The notes under the pieces were generated by a model that worked only from the letters and a program-made list of their open reading frames with translations, did not search any database and was not told where the DNA came from. Shown one piece after another: positions 41,282-52,439 of a DNA stretch of 64,000 bases. The stretch spans positions 19,530,001 through 19,594,000 of the forward strand of contig NC_088855.1 in the NCBI RefSeq assembly GCF_963853765.1. Reading direction: 5' to 3'. Position 1 is the stretch's first letter. Every line of letters begins with the position of its first letter. Source of the DNA: Magallana gigas (taxonomy: Eukaryota). The translations under genes were made by a program, and so were the position numbers.

Positions 41282-41934
41282 TTTATGTCTTGGTAATATT
41301 TTGAAAGAACTTTAAATTTTTCAGAGACAGACATTTCTAAAAGGACTGTGCATTGAAGATGATGATGAAGATGCTGGATTTGTCCCAAGGAAATTATTTC
41401 TGTTCGGGATAGAAGAATTTTCAAAAGTGCAACAGGTATGTAAATCATATATATATAATGTTGGGCTTTACCTGTAAATGCAATTCACCTGTATTTATAG
41501 GACGTTTAAACAATGATCACTTATTTCTTTTATTTTGTTCTTTCTATCAATAAAAACTTGAGTGCCTACATTAGTTAGCTCTTCAGTTACATATATTATT
41601 ACACTTGTGTTTTGGTCAGTGATTTGAGATGCTTTTGATATTTTCCTAATTATAGGTTGTATTGCAACCAAACATTGCACAGAACAACTCTGTTGAAGTA
41701 CCAAGCTGTTCTGTAGAACCAGTGGCGAATCAAGAGGAAGAGAGCGAGGTGTGTGATACCAATTATTGAGTTTACAAATCTCTTTTTTGCCAAAAATGTT
41801 TCTGAATTGGTACTCGTTGTAAATTTTCTTGGTTTTATATTACATTGTCTTGTTAACTTTTCCAGGCTCCTTTCAGTGCGAAAAGAAGACCCTCGATTGG
41901 CGAAAGATTTCTGAGATTTTTGGGATTTCGCTGA
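38705..41934 (+). CDS. Orphan charged, predicted-helical repeat protein, copy A (410 aa from ATG 38705)
   Basis: Ten exons: 38705-39150, 39580-39646, 39773-39853, 40067-40165, 40477-40542, 40655-40756, 41055-41153, 41325-41435, 41656-41748, 41866-41934. All GT-AG, and they splice into one stop-free frame ending RRPSIGERFLRFLGFR*. No family recognised. Confidence 0.8.
41219..41278. repeat. (GA)n microsatellite; a shorter paralogous run lies at about 50052-50088
   Basis: Perfect GA run in the intron after exon 7 of both gene copies. Confidence 0.95.
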
Positions 41935-42369
41935 ATCCTGAAACACTTTAAAAAGCCTTGTGATGACACGAATTTCCTTGATTATTCTTAAACCTGAATT
42001 CTTTTGTTATCTTTTGCTTCCGAAGTTATATATCAGTATTTAAAAGTTTATTAATCATTGATTGTTGCCAAATCTTTATTAATTAAAATTGATTTTATGT
42101 TTTATTTATGGTTTGCTTTTTCCCTCAATGGTCAAAGAGAATTAAGAAAAACTCAAGGGAGTTTGATTTTTTACAGATATTTTAATTAACTTGATTTGTT
42201 TTATGTGATATAATTGCTGATATTATTAAATTCACGTTTTAGCCAAAACATTTTAAAAGAAAAGAATTGTTTGCATTCGTTTTTGACGCTCGTGTCGATT
42301 TGGTGGGTTTTTTTGTACTCATTTTATATGGATAACTGAAAAGAGATTCGGAGATTCGGAGAAAAATAT

Positions 42370-42372
42370 AAA

Positions 42373-42416
<44 letters not shown>

Positions 42417-44232
42417 GCGATTTTTTGAAGGTCATATGACCTTGACTTTGATATTTGACCCTTTATCTCCTTATCGGGGCAACAACACAAAAATTGATGG
42501 TTGAATTGTATTAAGAACATCATTCTCAGCATTTTATTCCATATTGATTTTCAAAATGATGCTTTTTCAAATATTTATTCAGTTTGAGGTATCAAAGTTT
42601 TGTACTTCTGGCCCCTTAAAACCCCGTAAAAACCCCTAAATACGGAACACACGATAAACTAATTAATTATAATATATTGTTAAATAAATGTAAGATAAAC
42701 ATTATTCCTTCCTAAACATATAACAAAATATTTTTTTAGTAAAGTGCTATAAAAGAAAGACTTCAGAGCCTTAAATGGCCCCTAAAAATAAAAAGATAGG
42801 TCTTTTGATATTTAACATATTTTGTTCAACAAGTGTTTAGAAATTCTTTGCCGTTTTTGAGCTATTTTGTAAAAACCGTTTTAGGGGCTGGCCCCTTATC
42901 TCCTTATTGGGGCCATATGACAAAATTTCGATGGTTGAGTATGGACAAGCGCATCATTCTAAGCATTTATTATTCAATATTGCTTTTCAAAATATTTCTC
43001 AGTAAAGTGCTATGGAAGATACTTTAGAGCCTATTTGGCCTTTAAATTGAAGGACCAGCCCCTTTTTCTTGGCATCATATGAAAGGTCTTTTGATATTAA
43101 ACATATTTTGTTCAACAAGTGTTTAGAAATTCTTTGCCGTTTTTGAGCTATCAGGGAAAGGACGTTTTAGGGCCGACCCCTGATCTCCTTATTGGGGCCA
43201 GATAACGAAACTTTTATGATTGAATATTGTTTAAAACATGATTCTAAGCATCTTTTACTCTATATTGCTTTTCAAAATATTTGTCCTTTGAGATATATTC
43301 GATCGAAGTTTTGGCCCCTTAAAACCCCTAATTACGTTACGCATAATAAAAAATTTATAATATATAGTTTTATTAGTAAAAGATAACCATTTTTGCTTCT
43401 TAAACATATTACAAAATATTTCTCAGTAAAGTGCTATGGAATAAAGACTTTAGAGCCCTTTTGGCCCCTAAATTGAAGGACCAGCCCCTTTTTCTTGGCA
43501 TCATACGAAAGTTCCTTTGATATTAAACATATTTTGTTCAACAAGTGTTTAGAAATTCTTTGCCGTTTTTTAGCTATCTGGGATAGGACGTTTTAGGGAC
43601 CGACCCCTAATCTCCTTATTGGGGCCAGGTAACGATTCTTTTATGATTGAATATTGTTTAAACATATTACAAAAATTTTCTCAGTAAAGCGCTATGGAAG
43701 AAAGACTTTAGGGCCCTTTTGGCCCCTAATTTGAGGGACCAGTCCCTTTTTCTTGTTATCAAACGAAAGCTCTTGTAAATAGAAATTTTATTTACTCTAT
43801 ATATAATGTTAAAATATTTTCAGGAAAGGAGATAAAGAACGAAAACCATTAAAAATTACGTCGTTTTTTCTCAAACTCGATTTTCGGGTCCAGGCGAGCT
43901 TAGACGCCTTTGAAGCCAGACAACCATAAATGCCTTTAAACACATCTACAATCTTTTGTCTACAATCCCTGAAAATTTAAATTCAATATCTTTTTTCGTT
44001 TAGGAGGAGATAGCAGGGTAAAAAGACCCTCTTAAAATCACCAAAACGTCAATATCTCCCGAACGGAAATGACGTCATTAAAATAAAAAATTACATATAA
44101 GATTTTTATCAATATCTACAAGATCTGAAATTTTCACGGAAATCGGTCAAGTCGTTTTCAAGAAATCGCTTGTACAAAAAAGCGTAAGAAAAAAAAAGAA
44201 AAGGGAAAAAGAAACAAAGCAATAACAATAAT

Positions 44233-44260
<28 letters not shown>
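42370..44260 (+). mobile_element. Non-autonomous Helentron-associated element inserted upstream of gene copy B
   Basis: 5' aacaactagacacgatctcgttgcgagcaacgaggaggtcttccgt, imperfect internal repeats (ttttgttcaacaagtgtttagaaattctttgccg three times) and a 3' hairpin gtcttccgt-tggaa-acggaagac (44233-44255). It interrupts a flank that is contiguous in copy A at about 38190-38210. Confidence 0.8.
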
Positions 44261-44266
<6 letters not shown>

Positions 44267-44514
44267 GTATATCATTAACGCGGGTAATGTATGATAATTC
44301 TCTGACGTCTACGGTTGTGAAGTGTTGGTGGGAATCAATCTCAGAAGCGCAGTTGTTTCGCACGACTGTGCGCTGATTTTGATTCCTAGACAAATGCCAA
44401 TGTTTCTGTTCCTTATGTAAAAAAAAATGTCTCAGAAGAACTTAAGAAATTTCCTGTTTTCTACTTTTTTAACAGTTTATTTATTCATGTGCTCATCAAG
44501 AAGGGGTTGTCGGA

Positions 44515-44545
<31 letters not shown>

Positions 44546-45383
44546 TAAACTTTTGTTAAATCTCATAATAAAATCTACAAAAGAATAGGCACCCTCGGCA
44601 AACAAATAATTCCGCCCCCCCTCCCCCCATGTTTCACATGAGCTTAAAGTCAAATCAATTTTTTTTTTTGGGGGGGGGGGTAAGTTTGAAGATATGTTTT
44701 GACGTCATTGGATTTGTGACGTAACAATCTAGTTTCACATATCAACCAAAGAAGAGGAAGACAGTGCATGTTTGTATGTATTGAGATAATGTGATTAATT
44801 CTGCCGATTCGTTGTTTGGTTTTTTACTTCTTCTTCCTTTTTTTACAAATGCGCTGTACATTTACACGGAAAATTGTACTTAGGTTTTGTTGTTTATTTA
44901 TTGTTATTTCTGAGTAATTGGGACAATAAAGTTTTGTAATTCAAAGAAGTCACATCGATCTGTCTTTAACAATTTGTATAAATCAAGGAAAAACAAATTT
45001 CAGTCTAATTTGGAATACAAAAATCTAAAGAATTTTTCTTTTAGAAATTTTTCCATTTACTGTGACTTTGTCTCTAGCTGACTATTTTTAGAACTATATT
45101 TTATCCTACTATAGGTTTAGTTAAACGTAATCATTATCGTTTAAAATTAAGTTTTAGATTAATTCAAGATTTAACAAGCGCAAGAACAGATTAATCAAGC
45201 AAGTTCAACAGAATGTCAAAAAGGGATGTTTACATGTAAAATACCGGGTATTGCCGACACCATGCCCCGGCCTGTCTACAACCCTTTCTCTCCAGACGAG
45301 ACAAGGAAGCAGTGTGTCTCTCTCCCTGGGTTGAATGGCCCTAGCCCCCCCCCCCCCCCCCACCACAGTGCTGGTGTGAGATA

Positions 45384-46427
45384 AAACAAGCATTCTGAGA
45401 GTATTGCATAAGCAATACACGTCCCCTACCGATTTGTATTATTCTATGAAAGCTTCCAAGCACACAACTATTTCAGAGCTATTGTAAACGCGATGTCATG
45501 CTTTAATCCGAGATAAAAGAACAGAGGAAATTAAAACTATTTAGTTGATATAGATATTAAATACAAAATAGGTAAAATCAAACCAAACAGTTAAACAGCC
45601 CAACCCGAAAACGAACCCTATTGTAATAATACAAAAAACCCCTGCCGATTAAATTTACAACACAATGCTTGTCACTATTTTACAGAATTTATTTGTTTGT
45701 TAGAAATGATAAAAGGAATGGCATAGGTGTCGGAACCGGGGGGGGGGGCTAGGGGGGGGCTTAGCCCCCCCACTTTTTTTGCAAAGTTATACGTAACCAT
45801 TAGAAACATAGCATGATAGAGGGTTCAGCCCCCCCACTTTTTCTCGCGAGGTTAGATTCAGAAGCATACAAGCCCCCCCCCCCCCCCCCCCGGATTAGGA
45901 ATTTCATGATTTTGAGAGAAAAAAAATTTGGTAAGTAAATTTCTTTTTTTGGAAGTATAGGTATACTCCCCCCCCCCCCCCCCCCCCCACGGATTAGGAT
46001 TTCCACATGATTTTGGGAATTACTTTTTTCTCAATATTTCTGAGGATTAGTCTAGCCCCCCCACTTTCAATTTGCTTCCGACGCCTATGAATGGTACAAG
46101 TAACGCACGATATCATTACTGACTACATACTAGCCTCGTTTATTCAATACACACCGAACCCGATAACAAACCCGAACATTAAAAAATTGGAATATGAAAA
46201 ATTAATTTTCTCGAAAATATGTACATCAGACGCTACAAAAGTGTAAACTTAATCTGTAGTTTGACATTTTGAAGCTGTTCAGCAAGTTTCATATTATTCA
46301 TCAAATGCATAAAGAAAAAAAGTGTGGAAAACTGAAGTGGGACAGACAGACGGACGGACGGACGGACGGACGGACGGACGCAGAGGAAAGCTATAGTCCC
46401 CTCCGGTGAAACCGGTAGGGGACTAAT
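45384..46427 (+). mobile_element. Non-autonomous Helentron-associated element with (GACG)n tract
   Basis: Subterminal gtcccctaccg (45421) matches the 3' hairpin tagtcccctccggtgaaaccggtaggggacta. (GACG)n tract at about 46345-46380. Confidence 0.7.
45722..46089. mobile_element. G/C-run MITE nested in the preceding element
   Basis: TIRs cataggtgtcggaa / ttccgacgcctatg (1 mismatch) and a 5-bp target-site duplication aatgg (45717-45721, 46090-46094). Confidence 0.85.
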
Positions 46428-46672
46428 ATTATTACTTCATGTTACTTCATATTGATGAATAATAAAAATATTTTTAAACCAACCTTGCCAACTGGTAAAA
46501 AAAAATTCTGATTATTTTTATTTAATAAAAAAAAAAGAAGACTTTTGAAGATTTACATTTACAATCGGTTTCGCTCCGTCTTGAATTCGCCCACATACAG
46601 TTAGAAATATTTACTCTCTCTAATTAACACATTTGTTTAAAAAATTGTTTTGAACTCTCCCAACCTAACTAC

Positions 46673-46737
46673 AATTAGACATTCTGAATCCGCTACCGCT
46701 TCTTTGAGAAGCAGTAGCGGATTCAGAACGTCTAATT
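46673..46737. repeat. 31-bp inverted repeat with 3-nt loop
   Basis: aattagacattctgaatccgctaccgcttct-ttg-agaagcagtagcggattcagaacgtctaatt, with 2 mismatches. Confidence 0.9.
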
Positions 46738-47205
46738 TTGATTAGATTGGAACTCTCCCAGTCTTAAAGGCAAATATTATCCCATATTTACATAACCAAG
46801 CATGATTACCTCTATTTCTTGATGATGTCAGACTCAACGTTACTTTTACTTACTTATTACAATTCAGTAACTTGTTAAAAGAATTAAAGATGTAAAATGC
46901 TTTCTTTGAGGAATTCATGCAGGTTATGAAGATAGCGACATTGCAGGGAAAAAATTATAAACTGTTAGCGAAATTGATTTGAATCACCAAAGATTCAGTA
47001 TACAGATGCGTAAAATTTGAATGACAAATGAAAATAATTTTCCATCGACCCAGGTTTTTAGTAAAGCTTTTGACGTCATAATGATCTAACGTCATAATGA
47101 TCATACAGACAAATCGTCATCACGACCAAAGTCACATAAACTTTGCGTACAGTGTACACGATTAATCTCCTTATTTATTTTTTTTACAGATCTTAAGATT
47201 GAGAA

Positions 47206-50047
47206 ATGGACTCTAAAGCCCATTCAAAACATAGGGATGGCCCAGTCACCACCGTGGTAAGTTCTTTGATCGAATCATCTATTTCTTTGTCTTATATTGT
47301 TTGCTGTTCATTAGTTTGTTGTAGGTTCTTTTACATTATTGGCTTGTTAATGACCACAATTCGAGACACATGTTACACAACATAAAATCTTTAAAAAAAA
47401 AGAGAACTTGTTTAAACATCAGAATGGCAAAAGTATAAAGTTTTGAACATAGATCACATCGATTGGAATCTCGTCGTTTCTTGATTAAAATGTAATCCTT
47501 CTGAAATAGGGTAATTGGCGAGATGTAGAAACAATGGACGACGAGCACCAATCGGATTATTTGATACAAAGGTTGGAAGAAATGTTCGCAAAACTGGAAA
47601 AGAGATCACAGAATACAGATGCGTGGGAGTGTGAAGACGAGGATGCAGAAGAAGAAAGAGGAGAGGAGAAAAAACGGCGAAAACCAATGAGGCTTGCGAA
47701 AGAATAGTCCCCACCTAACATTAACGAAACTGCCAAAGCCGGAGGACTTGGAGATAGTGAGAAAGACGAAGAAATGTATCATCTGAAAGAGAAAAAAAGG
47801 TTTTCCTTCAGAAATGTCTGTAAAACAAGAACCATGGCCAAAGATAGGAAATTAAAGTCGGAGGAAGAGATACGACAAATCATGAACATGGCCCTCCATA
47901 GACAGGATAAAATCAAAAGGAGACGAAAACGCGGGACTAAAAATGCAAAAAGGTTGGAGAAAATAAAAGAAAACATACTGTAAATATTTAGTTTTTAATA
48001 ACCCTATGACTGGACATTAGATACATTGATATTCTACTCCAGATAACGATGGAAATACGAATCCATGCTTGGGGGGGGGGGGGGGGGGGTAGCATACCCA
48101 AAAATTTCAATGTTCATTTCCTTATTTTCAATTTATATTTTTTACATGGTTCGTAATTCAAATGTGCGGGTTAGGACCAGTTCCACCATAATTAGTTTTT
48201 TATTTTTATATGCAAATTTAACACAAATCTTTCCTACGCCAAAAAGTGGAGGGGGAGCGGCAGTCCCCCCCCCCCCCCCCTGTCGATGCCAGTGCCTATC
48301 AGTTAAATGAAGGAGTATAATGATATTGCAATCGTCGGCATGGTTTTTTTTTTGGTATTAATAAATCACATTTTTTGTGACAGAAATGAATCCATCTTAG
48401 TCTATATTTTTCTTACAGATCCGTAAGTGAAAAGGATGCTGAATTAGACGAAGCAAGCGCCAATCAAAGACTGGACATATTAAACGTACGCTATTTACTT
48501 GTGAATTTATTTTTGAAATTTTCTCAAGTTGATTTCCATTCTTTTTTTTAAACCCATTGAATTGTTATGAGTTGAAATCTTGCCTGTAACATTATGTTAT
48601 TTGTTGCCAGGTTCCCCGCGTTACAGAACAATCAATGAAACATATGCATATGAACGAAAGAAATAGAGCAATGGCTGCAGTCCATACCCAATTATTGGTA
48701 AGGAGGCTGTAAATTATATTTAACGTTTATGCTTTACACATTATTAAGTAAATGACTTTTTAATTTTAATTGTATTAATTATGGGAATATTATATGAATA
48801 ACATAATTCATCAGATACGATGCAAATTATTTTGAATTTGAAATTTTTACATGACATGCTATAGATTTGATTTGCATGTTGGACGTTTAATGGTGCGATT
48901 TTTTTTAGAGCACATTCAACGCAGAGGCATTTGGAATTAAGATGGCGCATGCCGATAAAGTGAAACAAAAAAAAGAACAAATGGAGACTGTTCACGCGGA
49001 ATTGAAGGTAAGTCTCTACTATTCTAAGTTTTCTCCTCCGTGCCCCCTAAAATCGTCATTTAACAAATTTTGAAAATTATAACATCTACATTGAAAGATA
49101 ATTTCACGCCCTTAAGAATTCGTCTTATTATTTCCAGGCCAAGCATTTGTCAAAAAAAAGGGTTAACTTAGATGGAGTGAGGGTAAACCATACAAAATAA
49201 TAATAATCATACATCCATATGAATGTAGATTCTGATTTAAATGCAGCGTTCTTTTTCTTAAAAGTTAAAAACCGTCATTGATTAGAAAGGTACATTAGAA
49301 AAAAATTCCTCTTTTTAGAAATACGTCAGTGAAATCGTCGAGAAGACCCGGCAAAAGTTGCTGAAGGAGGAAACAACATTTCAGGTAATCCATGCATATA
49401 CATGTAGCTATGATTAAAAAAAAATACCATGAAATCGCTAAACATAATTTTATTTTGAGTTAATATGGAGGTCCTATCATATTTATTGTTGACAGTTTCT
49501 GCAAGTTCAGAAATCTATTAGGATGAAGCACGAGGAAAACGTCAAACGCATCCTGGATATCAGAAAGGCTACAGAAGCCGTTCACGAGGAGCTGCTGGTA
49601 TGGCCTCGTCAGTCGTCACTGATATATTTCATCTTCTATATATACTAGTATATTACTCTGTCCCTCTTGTTTCTTTTCTGGCTGAAGTGGGGAGGGGGAA
49701 GGGTTGTCGATGTCCATTGATGTTATAATGTGTGCGATTTTTTGTACACTTAACCTAATATTCTTAAACTTCTTCTTAAACTTCTTCGTAAAAAATGACA
49801 CTATTTATGTACACCCCCCCCCCCCCACACACACACACACACATACACAGAAAAAAACTAATTCAGAGTTAATTTGATTTTTTTTCAGACGTTATTTACC
49901 TCGGGAGTGAGAAAACCATTCATTGTCTACTGCGAAAAAGCAAAAGCCAAGAGAGATCAGATGATAAATGTGCATAAAGAACTGAAGGTACATATAAATA
50001 CTTATAAAAAATATGGAGAAAATAATGACCATATTAAAGGTATTGTT

Positions 50048-50091
<44 letters not shown>

Positions 50092-50945
50092 TTTATGTCT
50101 TGGTAATATTTTGAAAGAACTTTAAATTTTTCAGAGACAGACATTTCTAAAAGGACTGTGCATTGAAGATGATGATGAAGATGCTGGATTTGTCCCAAGG
50201 AAATTATTTCTGTTCGGGATAGAAGAATTTTCAAAAGTGCAACAGGTATGTAAATCATATATATAATGTTGGGCTTTACCTGTAAATGCAATTCACCTGT
50301 ATTTATAGGACGTTTAAACAATGATCACTTATTTCTTTTAATTTGTTTTTTTTTTTCAATTTGAGTGCCTACATTAGTTAGCTGTTCAGTTACACATTAC
50401 ATTTTTGTTTTGGTCAGTGAATTGAGATGCTTTTGATATTTTTATAACCGCCGGATTTGTACCTTATGTGGTATTTTCCGTATCGGCGATTACTAGGGAA
50501 TTAGGGAATTAGCTCAACACTAATTTACATTCTATCACATCACAGTCATGAGGAATTTCAATATAATTAAGAAGAGTAAATAATGTTAATTTACCAAAAA
50601 AGCTAAACTATAGAAAATGTTCGCAACATGTAATATATACATTTTACATGATGATATTTTCCTAATTATAGGTTGTATTGCAACCAGACTTTGCTCAGAA
50701 CAACTCTGTTGAAGTACCAAGCTGTTCCGTAGAAGCAGTTCATGAGGAAGAGAGCGAGGTGTGTGATATCAATAATTTAGTTTACAAATCTATTTTTTTT
50801 TCCAAAAAAGTTTCTTAATTGTACTCATTGTAATTTTTCTGGGTTTTATATTACATTGTCTTTTTAACTTTTCCAGGCTCCTTTCAATGCGAAAAGAAGA
50901 CCCTCGATTGGCGAAAGATTTGTGAGATTTTTTGGATTTCGCTGA
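47206..50945 (+). pseudogene. Orphan repeat gene copy B: extra N-terminal exon and an in-frame TAG (pseudogene, null allele or re-initiating)
   Basis: Exon 47206-47256 (MDSKAHSKHRDGPVTTV) splices in frame to 47510 (GNWRDVETMDDEH...). TAG at 47705-47707 replaces AAG of copy A. The downstream exons keep their splice sites and carry only frame-preserving indels, ending TGA at 50945. Confidence 0.75.
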
Positions 50946-51274
50946 ATCCTGAAACACTTTAAAAAACCTTGTGATGACACCAATTTCCTTGATTATTCTT
51001 AAACTTGAATTCTTTTGTTATCTTTTGCTTCCGAAGTAATTTATCAGTATTTAAAAGTTTATAAGTCATTGATTGTTGCCAAATCTTTATTTATTAAAAT
51101 TCATTTTATGTTTTATTTATGGTTTGCTTTTTTCTTTTAAAACAATGGCCAAAGAGATTTAAGAAAAACTCAAGGGAATTTCATTTTTTACAGACATTTT
51201 AATTCACATTCCGCAAGTATTTGTAAATAAAACACACCTGGCCGCGCATAACTTGTGTCAATTCCGGTACCATT

Positions 51275-51437
51275 TAAACAATAAAATGCTTTCTTTGGTG
51301 ATTCATTCGGGATATGAAGGTAGCGACATTGCAGGAAAAATACATAACCCGCGTTAGCGGGTTATGTAAATTGTTCCTGCAATGATCGCTACCTTCATAA
51401 CCCACATGAATCATCAAAGAAAGCATTTTATTGTTTA
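51275..51437. mobile_element. ~160-bp palindromic (foldback) segment of a dispersed non-autonomous repeat
   Basis: Arms taaacaataaaatgctttctttg...aacccgc / gcgggtt...caaagaaagcattttattgttta. A related half copy is at about 46895-46950. The nearby motif ataaacagggcgtgtcaatttcagtc (about 51640) also occurs at about 9410. Confidence 0.65.
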
Positions 51438-51751
51438 TATTAACATCTTTCTTTAACTAATTAATAAACTGATTATGAAAAGTTAGTAAAATTCACTAAA
51501 TTACTGTTAATGTACAAAAGTACGTTAGCTAAAAGAAACAGCCGTATCGTCTCCTGTGAGACTTTGAGTCGGGCATCATCATGATTATTTCGTGCAGTCC
51601 GGGATTTTACTGAGGTCGCTGTAGGTTCAGACCAAACGATAAACAGGGCGTGTCAATTTCAGTCCTGTCACTTTCAGCCGCTGTTGATTTCGACCAATCG
51701 ATAAATAGGGCGTGTAGATTTCAGTCATTTCTATAGAGCTATGAATTAACT

Positions 51752-52333
51752 TAGCTGCAGGTCTGTAGCTCCCGGTCTGAAAAAATTCTGATGGACGACC
51801 TGGGAGCTACAGTGCCTCCCATAGAAAAAAAAAGTGCAATTTACGGCGCACAAAAAATTGCGCTAGTTTTGGACTGATTAACCTTATTTTCACACAACTT
51901 CTGTGAAAACAATGAGTACCATTAAATTCTTCAGACAATTTTCTACTGATATTGTTATTTTACTTGCCTCAGACTTTCTCTGAAACATGCTAACCGACCT
52001 CCGAAAATAAGGTGTATTAATTTACGTTAAGATCGAGAGTCGCCATTTTCACATGTAAACAAACTGCACCACTTCACTTTATGGGGCTGGTGATGGTGTT
52101 TAGAAGAACATCAGAGGCAAGTAAAGTGACGATATCTGTAGTAAATTGTCTGAGGAAAATATTTGTACATAATGTGTTTGGAATTGAGATTAATCAGTCC
52201 TAAATTGCAGTTTTTTACTATGGGAGGCAGTGTAGCTCCCAGGTCGTCCATCCGAATTTTTTCAGACCGGGAGCTACAGTCCCAGGTCGTCCATCCGAAT
52301 TTTTTCAGACCGGGAGCTACAGTCCTGCAGCTA
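51752..52333. mobile_element. MITE with long TIRs and 10-bp TSD (Mutator-like signature)
   Basis: TIRs of about 85 bp, tagctgcagg...cctgcagcta. Flanking duplication tgaattaact (51742-51751, 52334-52343). The right TIR has an internal tandem duplication of about 45 bp. Confidence 0.85.
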
Positions 52334-52439
52334 TGAATTAACTATAAGTTTCCGTAAGAAATAGAGGAAATGATGCTTGGTACTGTAGATGTAAATATAA
52401 TACCATATACACACTCTGAGAGTGTGTGTACATGTATAT

